Assembly: GCF_004010195.1 (NCBI RefSeq)
Contig: NC_057719.1
Location: 20,163,433-20,227,432 of the forward strand
DNA length: 64,000 nt
From: Chiloscyllium plagiosum
Taxonomy: Eukaryota
Direction of reading: 5' to 3'
Shown piece after piece: positions 50,385 through 62,034 of the stretch. Below the pieces are notes generated by a model. That model was not told where the DNA came from. It ran no database searches and was given only the letters and a program-made list of their open reading frames with translations. The stretch's first letter is position 1. The number at the start of each line of letters is the position of its first letter. Position numbers and translations under genes: made by a program.

Positions 50385-51190
50385 ATGTTTGCACCACCAA
50401 AATGCCAGGCAATGATCATCTCTAATAAGAGAGAAGTAGAAACTTTTGCTCCTTGATGTTCAACGCCATTACTACCATTCAATCCCTGACTGTCAACTTC
50501 CTGGGATCACCATTGACCAAAAGCTAGACAGGACCAGCCATATAAATACTATGGACACAAGAGTAGCTCAAAAGCCAGGAATCCTGCAGTGAGTAACTCG
50601 CTTCCTGACTTCCCAAACTTTACCTGCTATCTACAAGGCACAAGTCATGAGTGTGCTGCAGTACTAAATATACTCAAGAAACTTGACATCCAGGACAAAG
50701 CAACCATTTGATTGGAACCACATTCGCAAATGCCCTCTACTATCAACCCTCAGTAGCACCAGTGCTTGCCATCTACAAGATGCACAGCAGAAATTCACAA
50801 AGGCTCCCCAAGTAGCATCTTTCAAATCCATGAGCTGTACTATCTAGAGTAAAAACAGAGAATGCTCAATAGACTGAGCATGCTTGGCACCATTTAAGAA
50901 GAAACAAACAGAGTGAAAGTTTTGACTCCAATGTGATTACTTTGACTAGGAACATTAACTGTTTCTCTCTGCACAGATGCTGCCAAACCTGCTAAGTTCC
51001 TCCAGAAATTTCTGGGTTTTATTTGAGATTTTCAGTATCTGCAATATTTTGCTTCTAGCTTGTGCCAATTAGATGGCAAAGAGTAGCATATGCATGGGGA
51101 AAACACCACCTGCAAGCTCCCCTCTAAGTCACTCACCATCCTGACTTGATAATATACCAACAATCTGTCAGTGCCATTGGGACAAAGTAC
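50385..51190 (+). mobile_element. LINE family B fragment with nested PLE family-2 fold-back (about 50850-51058)
   Basis: tgccaggcaatgatcatctctaataagaga..ttcaacgccattac..catataaatactatgg..ctacaaggcacaagtca. Confidence 0.75.
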
Positions 51191-51510
51191 TGCAGTTGCT
51201 GGAAATCTGAAATAAAAACAGCTACTGGAGAAACTCAGCAGTCTGGCAGCATGTGTGGAAACAGAAACAGAGTTAATGTTTCAAGTCAAATTTGATTTTT
51301 ACTTCAGAACTATAGGAACATATCAGATTCAAAATATTAACTCTGTTTCTCTCTCAGCAGCATTTGGTTTAGTCTCTTTGGGGTTTCTAAAGCTGTTGGA
51401 TAATGTATCACATAATAGACTTGCAAGAAAAATTGAAACCCATGGGATTAATGGGGCAATGGTTGGAAGGATAGAAAATTGGCTAAGCAACAGAAAGTTG
51501 TGGTAACTAG
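51190..51510. mobile_element. PLE family-2 fold-back (about 51190-51357) followed by a CR1 RT fragment
   Basis: gaaactcagcagtctggcagc..cagagttaatgtttc and aatattaactctgtttctctc; then DNVSHNRLARKIETHGING..IENWLSNRK. Confidence 0.7.
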
Positions 51511-52779
51511 CTGAATCTTTTTATTCGGACAGTAAGATTTGTGCAGAACACATTGAAGTTTGAAAGGATAATAATCAAATGTGTGCAGATGACTTTTGCA
51601 GTTTTTAAAAATAGAACTGAAGACAATACTGTCTCTTCAATGGGCAGAGAGCCACTATTGCAGGAGTCACAGAAAAGACACATGCTATCCTGTCTCCTAT
51701 GGCTGTTTTGATCTGCATTTCCTTCCTGCAAATGTCATGATCAGACATTAACAATAATCTCCAGCAGATTATTTGTATCCCAATGGAAAACTACATTATC
51801 AAAACCTTGCTTTCAGCGCAGAACATGTGTGGAATTTAATTGCTGTACTTACAACCTTTAGCCCAGTTAGGAAAAAATTCTTTTTGTGTTCCAGTATTCT
51901 TTCCATTTTAATATTTATTGGATTGAACACACTTGGTACTGGAGATTGGAATGTTTCCTTCAGTTAAATCTATTGATAGTTAATTAAATGGTGAGATACA
52001 GTGAATTAAAAGGTAAGGAGTTCTTCCACTATAAAACTTGACAGCAAAAAATTAACCCATACAAGTGATCAGATTCTTTGATGGAAATCTGTCAGTCGAT
52101 TCCCCCATTTGGAGAGCTGTCTTGTCTTATATTCTGTTACAAAGGAAAGCGAACAAAAGAAGAAAAGTACCTACATTTTTAAGAGAACACATATTCAGAA
52201 TACCATTGAGAAAGAAATGTTTTAAAGAATAGCAAATGCGGGAAATCTGAATTTTTCTCATCCCTTTTATCCTTCTTAATTTCTTCATATTTCATCTTTC
52301 CTTTCAAACCCATGCTTTGTCTGATTTTCACAAACTCCTCTGACCTCAAAACAATTATCTTAATTGTCCTACAGCTCCAATTCGGTGTTTAGCACATTGT
52401 TTCATCTTCTGTTCTTCTTTCCACACTTATGTTTTTGCTCTGGGAGTATCCATCTTCAAGCTGACTATTTCTTCCACTTTCAGCTTCTCAATCAATCTGA
52501 ATTATTCCATCTAGTCTCCTCTCCTTTATTTTTATTATTAGGGGTTCACACCATGTTATTTACTATATTTCTCACTCTCTTGCTCTCTAGCTCATCTAAT
52601 CCTGACATAATTCGTCGAAACTGCTGACAACCCGCTATTGCGAAGTGGAAGAATCTCTCCATCAACATGGCTGATCTCCAACACCTCCTACTGCCCTGAT
52701 CAGAACCTCATGACTGAATATAAAACCATCATTTACTAGACCTTTACTGACGACAGCTCCTCTGGAGATCTTCTCAGAA

Positions 52780-55500
52780 TATACGAAATAGGAACAGGAG
52801 CAGGCCATTTAGCCATTGAAAAGGATTGTGACTGATCCAACATTCCTGATGTCTACTTTCTTGTCCTTTCCCTGAAGGCCTTGATTTCCATAGTTGCCAA
52901 TAATCTATTTATGACAACCTTAAAATGTACAATGTACCAGGAGATCTCTAGCAAGGACTTCCAAAGACTCTCAACAGTCTTAAATTGATGCCCTTTTATT
53001 CTGATACTGTGCCCTCTGGTCCTCGACTTTCCAATGAGAGGAAATACCCTCTTAGCATTTACTCCATCAAGCTCCTTAAGAATCTAACATGTCTCAACAA
53101 GATCACCTTTTAGTTTTCTAAGTTCCGATGAGTTGAATCCCAATCTGTGCAATCTTTGTTCATATAACAGTCTCTCCAATCCATTTTGGTGAACCTTCTC
53201 TGAAAACTCTCCAATGAAATGATATCTTTCCTTAGAGAAGGGAAACCAAAACAGCTCTCAGTTTTCCAGATGTGGCCTCACCAGCATGTTGTACAGTTGC
53301 ATTAAAACTTCCCTGGTCTTTTACTGCAAGTTCCTTTGCATTACAGTTTTCTGTAATATTTCTCCACTTAAATAATATTCAGTTCTTTATTCCTCCCTTC
53401 CAAAATGAACATCTTCATATTTTTCCATGCTCTGTTTTCCAAATCTTTGCACATTTACTTAAAGTATCAGTACCTCTCTGTAAGTTGTTTATCCATCTTG
53501 CAACTTGTCTTTCTGCCTATTTTTGTACTGTCTATAAATTTGGCTGCAGTATATTCACATCCTTCCTCCAAATCATTAATATATATTGTAAACAGATGCA
53601 GTCCCAGCACTGATCCCTGTTGAACTCCACAGGTTACAGGTCACCAACCTGAAAAGGAATCCCTTATCCTCATTGGTGGTTTCTTGCACAACAGCCAGTT
53701 CTCTATGTCAATTTATTACTTCCAATGTCATAGGATCTCACCTTATGATTTAATGTTTTGTGAGGTACCTCATCAAATGTCTTCTGGAAGTTCAAATACA
53801 ACACATCTGCTGGTTTCTCCATCCCTCTGGTTGGAAGTTCCTCAAATCTCTTATAAAATTCATCATGCATGATTTTCCTTTCATGAAGCCATGCTTGATT
53901 AGATTAGATTTTCCAACTGTGCTGTTATTATTTCCTTAATAATTAATTCCAACATTTTTCCAACAAGTATTTGGTTTATCATAACCCCTTTTTTGCCTCC
54001 CTCCCTTTTTATAAAAGAGTTTCATATTGGTTGTTCTTCAATCCTCCACTTATCCAGAGTCCAAGGACTTTTATAAATCATAACAAATGTATCCACTATC
54101 TCTATAGCTTTTAGGATCCTAGGATTCAAGCCAACAAGGTCAAGAGTGTAGTGCTGGAAAAGTCCAGCAGGTCACACAGCATCCGTGGAGCAGGACAGTC
54201 GATATTTCAGGCATAAGTCCTTTATCAGGAAACCATCAGGGTCAAGGGACTTTGTTGCTTTAGTTCCATTAGTTTGTTTAATATTACTTCTCCAAAGATG
54301 GTGATGGTATTTAATTCCTTCTCCTGTATTCTTTGGTATTGATGGAATGTTCAAAGAATATTCCACTGTAAAGTTGAAAGCAATATATCTATTTAACTCT
54401 TGTGCCATTTCCTTGCACCTAAAATCTCCTGGGATTCATATTTTAAGGAGTCTAAGTTCATTTTGATAGCTCTTTCTTTTTTATATATTTAAAGAAGATC
54501 TTCTTGTCAGTTTTAATATTCTTTGCTAGTTTGCTCTTGAAATTTATTTTCTCCCTTTTTATTATCATTTTAACCTGCCTTCTCTGGATTCTGAATTTAT
54601 CCTGATCCTTGAAGTTTTCATTGATTTTTACCTCCCCAAATGCATTTTCTACAATTTAGTATTCTCCTTAATTTCCTTGGTTAGCCATACTTGGCTGATT
54701 TGTCTTTTTAGAATCTTTCTTCCTTACTAGTATATATTTTCGCGGATGGTTATAAATTACATCCTTAAATGCCTACCACTGCTTGCTTACCATCTTTCTG
54801 CTAATCTATGTGCACAGTCTATTTTAGCTAACTTTGTCCTCTTTTCATTGTAATTCCCTTTCTTTAAGTTAAACAGACTTACTTCCAACCTAAGTTTCTC
54901 ATATTCAAACAGAGTTTATTAAATTTTGTCATGTTATGATAACTATTTTCTAAGAGAGCTTCTACTCTGAGATAATTTATTAAACTGGCCTCATCATCTA
55001 TTGCCAGATCTAAAATAGTTAATCCCCCAATTGACTCCATGACATATTTCTCTAAGAAACCATTCCCAATGCACTCTATGAATTGATTGTCATAGCTACC
55101 TTTTCAAATTTGATTAATCCAATCAACATGAAAATTAAGTTATCCATAATTATTGCCCTAACTATTTTGCATGCTTCCATTATTTGGTGATTGATACCCT
55201 TTCCTACAGTGTGATTACTGTCTTGGGATTTATACACTACTCCTACCAATGTCTTCTTTCCTTTGTTGTTTATTTCCTTCACCCAAGTGGATTCTACATT
55301 ATCCAAGTTTAGACCATCTCCTTCAACTGTCCTCATTTCATCTCTTATCAATGGTGCTACTCCAACACCACTTCCCTGTCTTTATGAAAGTTAAAATATC
55401 CCTGAATGTTAAGTTCCATGTTTTGGTCTCCTTGTAACCCAGTATCCATAATGGCTATGAGATCATATCCATTTGACTCAATTTGTTCTGAGATATGTAC
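52780..55500 (-). mobile_element. Old CR1 LINE (endonuclease to 3' end), with nested PLE arm at about 54145-54232
   Basis: VESTWV..KGKKTLVGVVYKS, MAQELNRY and KSLDPDG on the reverse strand; CR1 tail at the left end. Confidence 0.85.
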
Positions 55501-56146
55501 AGCAAAACTGTGCCATAGACCCTGGAAATATTTTGCATGCCAGCCAACAGTTTTTATACTGCTGGAAGTTCATTAAGCAAGAAATAATTGGATTCTTGTA
55601 ACAAGAGCTAGGTAACAAGCATGGTCTTTAATCTTCATAGAGTTTGAACAAAACAAATTGGCAAAGACAGTATCAAATTAGCTATTGGCATAACTTTGCA
55701 AGTTTCCTAAAACAAGATAAAGTGGAACCAATTACGGATAAAACAATTTGCACCCTATATTATGTATTTAAGAAGATGTAATTGGTAATGTCAAAGTAAA
55801 AGATCCTCTGGTAAAAAGAGATTACAATGCAATTGGATTCTATCTTACATTTGAGTGATGCTCCTCCATTGCAAACAGGAACCTTGAAAGTAAACAAATC
55901 CAATTATATAAGAATGATTAGATTAGGCTAAGGTTTATTGGGCAATAGAATAAATAGTAGTGCAGTAAGCCTTGGGTACTAAATAGTTAAAGAAACAGTC
56001 TAACATGTTCAACAAAAATACACTCCATAAAAAGAACTCAGCAATCAAGAACCATGGGGTAAAAATAATGACTGCAGATGCTGGAAACCAGATTCTGGAT
56101 CAGTGGTGCTGGAAGAGCACAGCAATTCAGGCAGCATTCGAAGGCA

Positions 56147-56184
56147 AAATCGACGTTTCGGGCAAAAGCCCTTCATCAGGAATA
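56147..56184 (-). ncRNA. Minimal hammerhead ribozyme motif, core intact
   Basis: Reverse strand CTGATGA a GGGC tttt GCCC GAAA cGTC; helix I only about 2 bp. Confidence 0.65.
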
Positions 56185-56223
56185 AAGGCAGAGAACCTGA
56201 AGCGTGGAGAGATAAGCTAGAGG

Positions 56224-56647
56224 NNNNNNNNNNNNNNNNNNNNNNNNNNNNNNNNNNNNNNNNNNNNNNNNNNNNNNNNNNNNNNNNNNNNNNNNNNNNN
56301 NNNNNNNNNNNNNNNNNNNNNNNNNNNNNNNNNNNNNNNNNNNNNNNNNNNNNNNNNNNNNNNNNNNNNNNNNNNNNNNNNNNNNNNNNNNNNNNNNNNN
56401 NNNNNNNNNNNNNNNNNNNNNNNNNNNNNNNNNNNNNNNNNNNNNNNNNNNNNNNNNNNNNNNNNNNNNNNNNNNNNNNNNNNNNNNNNNNNNNNNNNNN
56501 NNNNNNNNNNNNNNNNNNNNNNNNNNNNNNNNNNNNNNNNNNNNNNNNNNNNNNNNNNNNNNNNNNNNNNNNNNNNNNNNNNNNNNNNNNNNNNNNNNNN
56601 NNNNNNNNNNNNNNNNNNNNNNNNNNNNNNNNNNNNNNNNNNNNNNN
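56224..56647. other. Assembly gap (N run)
   Basis: Run of N. Confidence 1.
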
Positions 56648-57961
56648 NGGGTGGTAGGGGGGCGTGGACCTGACCAGGTAGTCACGGAGGGAACGGTCTC
56701 TGCGGAGAGGGGTGGGGAGGGAAATATATCCCTGGTGGTGGGGTCTGTTTGGAGGTGGCGGGAATGTCGGCGGATGATTTGGTTTATGCGGAGGTTGGTA
56801 GGGTGGAAGGTGGGCACCAGGGGCGTTCTGTCCTTGTTGCGGTTGGAGGGGTTGGGTCTGAGGGCGGAGGTGCGGGATGTGGATGAGATGCATTGGAGGG
56901 CATCTTCAACCACGTGGGAAGGGAAATTGCGGTCTCTAAAGAAGGAGGCCATCTGGTGTGTTCTGTGGTGGAACCGCTCCTCCTGGGAGCAGATACGGCG
57001 GAGGCGGAGGAATTGGGAATATAGGATGGCATTTTTGCAAGAGGTAGGTGCTTCTGTTTTTTTTTATTACCATGCAGATCCACCTCACGTATGGTTGGTA
57101 TGGTTCTTGACTTACTCAAGAAGTTAAGAATAGTGTTAAGTTAAACAAAGAAACTTATAATATTGCAAAGGATAATAATAATGCTGAGGATTGGGACAGT
57201 TTCAGAAAGCAGAAAAAAAGCAATAAAATAAAAGTTGATTTAAACGTTTAAACAAAGATAAACTACATGCAAATACATTGACAAATTTTAATGATTCTAA
57301 AGAAGAGTCACATCAGACTCAAAACATTAATTTTGTTTCTTTCTCCACAGATAGTGCTAGACTTGCTGAACATTTTTCTGTTCCGATCTCCAGCATCCAG
57401 AGTAATTTGCTTTGACTAAAAAAGACTAGGGAGCTTTATGCAATTAATATCAGTAAAGAAAAAAGTATTGCAAAAACTTGAAATGAAATGGCAACAATAT
57501 AGCCTGTTTACACACTGTAGGGATTCTACTATTCTATGAATTCTCCAAGATCTAATAATTTACGCGAAAGATTCTAAAAGATGTATTTGCAAAGTCAGTA
57601 GATGCATTGGTAATAATATGTTAAAATTCACTAGATCCAAAGTAGTCTGAGCAGATTACAAGTGAATAAACATAACACAGGCATTTAGGAAAGGAAGAAG
57701 GTAAAAGAAAGGAAGAGATCAGACCATCAGAAAGTGCTGGAATTATTATTAAGGGAGTCTTAACAATGCATTTGAAAATCATAGTGTGGATAGGGTTGAC
57801 ATGACAACAAGGTGGCAAAAGTGAGGTGGATCTGCATGGTAATAAAAAAAAAACAGAAGCATACAATATTTATTTCAGGCAATAAATTTCTGAAGGTTGA
57901 TGTTCAGTGAGAGAGGTGGATATACAAGGAGCAGAAAAGGTTTAAATGCAGATATAGCCAG

Positions 57962-58270
57962 CATGGCACGGGGCGGCACGGTGGCACAGTGGTTAGCACT
58001 GCTGCCTCACAGCGCCAGATGCCTCAGGAAACTGTCTGTCTGAAATTTGCACATTCTCCCCTTGTTTGCATGGGTTTCCTCCGGGTGCTCCGATTTCCTC
58101 CCACAGTTCAAAAAATGTGAAGGTTAGGTGAATTGGTCATGCTAAATTGCCTGTAGTGTTAGGTGAAGGGGTAAATGTAGGGGAATGGGTCTGGGTGAGT
58201 TGCTCTTCGGAGGGTCGGTGTGGACTTGTTGGACTGAAGAGCCTGTTTCCATGCTGTAAGTAATCTAATC
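57962..58270 (+). mobile_element. HE1-type V-SINE, B box deleted
   Basis: gggcggcacggtggcacagtggttagcactgctgcctcacagcgccag joins directly to gcctcagg. Confidence 0.9.
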
Positions 58271-58297
58271 ATGAAGGAAGACAAAGGGCATTTTTAA

Positions 58298-58655
58298 AAA
58301 CATTCAGTCACATGATGAGGGCATCATTGGCTAAGCCAGCATTTACTGCCCATCCCTAATTGCCCACTGGGCAGTTAAGAGTCAACCACATTGCTGTGGG
58401 TCTGGAGTCACATGTACCAGACGATGTAAGGATGGCAGTTTCCTTCACTAAATGACAGTAATGAACCAGATGGTTTTTTTCTGACAACCAGCAATGTATT
58501 AAAGGTTGCCGTTAGACTATGAAGTCCAGATATTTCTTAAATTCAAATACCACCATCCTCTGTGGCAGGATTCGAACCTGGGTCCCCAGAACTTTGCCTG
58601 GAACAGTCTCTGGATTAACAGTCCAGCAATAATATCACAAGGCTATTGCCTCCCA
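58298..58655 (-). mobile_element. tRNA-derived SINE family B
   Basis: ccagcatttactgcccatccctaattgccc..ggattcgaacc. Confidence 0.85.
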
Positions 58656-59369
58656 TGTGCTTTCATTGGAAAGGGATTGGAGCACGAATACTGTAATTGT
58701 GTAGGGCATTGGTGAGACCACACCTAACGTTTTATGCACAGTTTTCATCTCCATGCATAAGGAGGGCTTTCCTTACCTTGGAGGTGATAGTGTGGTCCAT
58801 TAGATTTACTCCTGGATCTATGGATTCTCCTACGATGACAGGCTAATTTAATCAACATTATGCTATCTACAGCTTAGAACATGCGAGGTGATCTCATTGA
58901 TACTCCTACAAAATTCTGATGTGACTTAATAGGGTTGACTAATAGGTTGCTTCCCTGATTGATGTCCAATGGCACTTAGGTGTCTTTGTTCATGAGCAAT
59001 TAAAAATGCAACATCTAGTTGATCTCTATCACAAAGGGATTTGAGCACAAGAATAAAGATATCTTGCTGCAATTGTATAGCATCTTGAGACTGAGCCTGG
59101 AGTACTATTTTCCGTGGTCTTCTTACCTATGAAAGGATGGAATTGCCATAGAAGGATTGCAACATAGATTCACCAGATTATTCACTTGGGTGGGGGGTGT
59201 TGAGATCCTTTTATTAGGAAAACTTGAAGAAATTGAGTTTGTATTTTGTTGAGTTTCAAAGAACAAGAGGTTATCTCCGCAAAACTTACAAAATTCTTCA
59301 AGTGTGACAGGGTAAGTGTGAATAGGATGTATCCTGTAGCTGGTGAATCTAGAACCAGGGTACATAATG

Positions 59370-59885
59370 GGGAGGCAATGGCTTAGTGATGTTATTGCTC
59401 TGTTGTTAATCCAGAGATTTAGGTAATGTTCTGGGGACCTGGGTTTGAATCTTGCACGGTAGATGGTAGAATTTGAATTCAATAAAAATCTGGAATTAGG
59501 AGTCAAATGATGACCACGAATCCATTACCAATTATTGGAAAAAGGTAGTCAAGCAGGACACTGGAAGAACACAGCAAGCCAGGTAGCATCAGGAGGTGGA
59601 GAAGTCAACATTTCGGGAGTAACCCTTCATCAGAAATGTTGACATCCTCACCTCCTGATGCTGCCTGGCTTGCTGTGTTCTTCCAGCCTTCTGCTTGTCT
59701 ACCTTGGAACCCATCTGGTTCACTAAAACACTTTCAGGAAGCAAATTGCTATCCTTATCTGGTCTGGTCTTCATGTGACTCCAGACCCACTGCAGTATGG
59801 TTGACTCTTAACTGCCCTCTGGGTAATTAGGGATGGTAATAAATACTGGCCTGGCCAATGATACCAACATCCAATGAATAAAAAA
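59370..59885 (+). mobile_element. tRNA-derived SINE family B, interrupted by a PLE fold-back
   Basis: Head ggggaggcaatggcttagtg; end ggtaattagggatggtaataaatactggcc..catccaatgaataaaaa. Confidence 0.85.
59541..59703. mobile_element. Fold-back PLE family-4 mini-insertion with hammerhead motif
   Basis: Inverted arms ctggaagaacacagcaagccagg and cctggcttgctgtgttcttccag; reverse strand CTGATGA a GGG ttact CCC GAAA tGTT at about 59601-59636; ttggaa on both flanks. Confidence 0.85.
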
Positions 59886-59889
59886 TATT

Positions 59890-60440
59890 TGAATAAGGGG
59901 CAGGGCAATTAGGACTGGAAAAAAAAGTCTACACTTAGAGGGTGATGATGGTCTATTCCAGAGGCCTGTAAAAGATCAATCATTGGGTATATTCAAGACA
60001 TAAATTGATAGATTTCGGGATATAAATGATATTAAGCAATATGAAGATCATGGAGAAATGACATTAAGTAGATGATCAGCCACAATCTGTTTGAATGACA
60101 GAGCAGGCTCAACTGGTCAAATATTGCACCCCTGCTTCAATCTTCAAGAATTTAAAACATGAAGAACATTTCAGGATATGGGGTGTATCATTTAAGACTT
60201 GGATGAGAGCTTTCGTAACTCAGAGAGTGATGCTTCTGCATAATGGTCTAGCCCAGAGAGTTATCGCTGCTCCATTGTTGAGCATACCTGACTTGAGGCA
60301 GTTAGATGTTTAATTCTCTCAGGAAATTGAGGAATATGGGAAGCAGGTGGGCGAATGCATTTGAGAAGATCATTGAAATCCTTGCTGAATGGGGAAGCGG
60401 TCTAAATGGGCTGAATAATCTACTCCTGTATTTATTTGTG
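59890..60440 (+). mobile_element. Old CR1 3' ends
   Basis: gatcagccacaatctgtttgaatgacagagcaggctc; gaatggggaagcggtctaaatgggctgaataatctactcctg. Confidence 0.6.
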
Positions 60441-61776
60441 CTTAATCTCACCTTCCACACCACTAGGTCCGATGTCACACTCGTTTACAGTTTTTCTCAA
60501 CTCCGTTCTTGCTTCCTCCCAAAGAAAAATGCATGTTCCCCTCCACTTGGCTATTTGAACAAACCATTCCATTTATGATACCATGATTTACTTTATCTCC
60601 ACCTTTACAATCTTCTCTCCTTCACTACTGTTTTTTTAAAAAAAGATTTGCAACACCTGTCCCTTTTATTTCCTGTAGCTGCCAAAACCCTTCATGAGGG
60701 TTATAATACTTTCCATGTCCTTCATTGTTACTTACTGCTCTTGTAATCAGTATTTAAAGTAATGACCCCACTTTCACACATTTATAAAAATGACAGAATT
60801 AATCTGAATTTAGTTGAAGGCTGTTTTATATTCAGACCCAATTGACTTGAAATGATTTCTTGCCTTTCACATTTCTTCTTTCCCCAAGTGCAAACCCAAG
60901 CTTCTTACTAGTTTCCACTTCTGTTCCTTATCTCAATCTCATTCTGATCTCTAAGTCTTTGTCTCCTGAACTGTTCCTTTAAAATTTGTAGACCTTTGCA
61001 GTCACAGGAAGTGTTGGTATTGTAGAAGAGATGCAGTGGGTTTTCTGTGGAGGGCAGGATTAATGATAAGTTTGTGCTGGTGACATCTTGCAATGAAGTG
61101 TGCAGTGTTGATAATCAGACAACTAAAGGAATTGGAAAATTGAGGGATAAAGTATCACTGCACACAATTTGTCCCTAGCAAAATTTTATTGTTACATAAG
61201 ATCCATAAAATGTAAGAGAAAACGTTAAAACTTTTGCTGTATATCCATTCACACTTATTGTGGATAATGTCACAAAATGAATGAATCATCAAGGTTACCG
61301 AAACCAATTTCTAGCTGTAAAGTCAGACAGAATATAATCACTTCAATGTTCCCTACTCAGGGTCAAGCACAACCAGCTGCTAATTGAACTGAAGTCCTTG
61401 TCTTTGTGAAAAGTAATTTTGGATGGATTCTAATGCTGACATCTAAACCTGATTGGTTGTACTATTTCTTTAAATAGACAGTTGAACTTTGACCTGTGTT
61501 CCATATACCAGATGGCTACAAGCCATGCATGGTCAACTTTGAGTTTTGCACCAGATGTGCTAATCTCTATTGGAGTGGAATCCCACTAGCCTCCCAGTGA
61601 AGCTAGAGATATTGAATATTTCATGCACAGCTGCCACAACAGCTGTAATTGATGTTGCCAATTTAAATCATGAAATGCATGTGTTGACGACTTGATTTAG
61701 CAGCTTAATTGTGAATTGTGTTAAAACTTGCTGCACTTATTCATCATCAGCATGGCAATTTTCCATTTCCGATCAA

Positions 61777-61875
61777 AGTTGAAACTTTATTGCTGGAACA
61801 GCACAGCAGGTCAGGCAGCATTCCAGCAATAAAGTTTCAACTTTGATCTCCAGCATCTGCAGACTCACTTTCTCC
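61777..61875. mobile_element. 99-bp fold-back PLE remnant with 15-bp TSD, no ribozyme
   Basis: tccatttccgatcaa at 61762-61776 and 61876-61890; perfect 28-bp inverted repeat 61771-61798 and 61821-61848. Confidence 0.9.
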
Positions 61876-62034
61876 TCCATTTCCGATCAATCTTGCGCAT
61901 CCAATGACCACCATCCACTTATTTAACACAAGACATAGTTACTGAAATTAGTCTCCCCGACAGATTTATTCACAATATTTATTCGCTTAGAAATTCTGCA
62001 TGATTCTAACTAATGTGATATACATTGTTTTATT

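Larger units (their letters stand above)
56056..57048 (-). mobile_element. Penelope-like element, 5'-truncated, spanning an assembly gap
   Basis: MASFFRDRNFPSHVVEDAL..RTPLVPTFHPTNLRINQIIRRH; terminal repeat at the left end. Confidence 0.9.
55560..59370 (+). mobile_element. Very old CR1 sequence fragmented by PLE and SINE insertions
   Basis: LTQEVKNSVKL at about 57111, KCEV-like codons at about 57820, LVRPHL-like codons at about 58710, RGDLI-like codons at about 58885. Confidence 0.6.
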
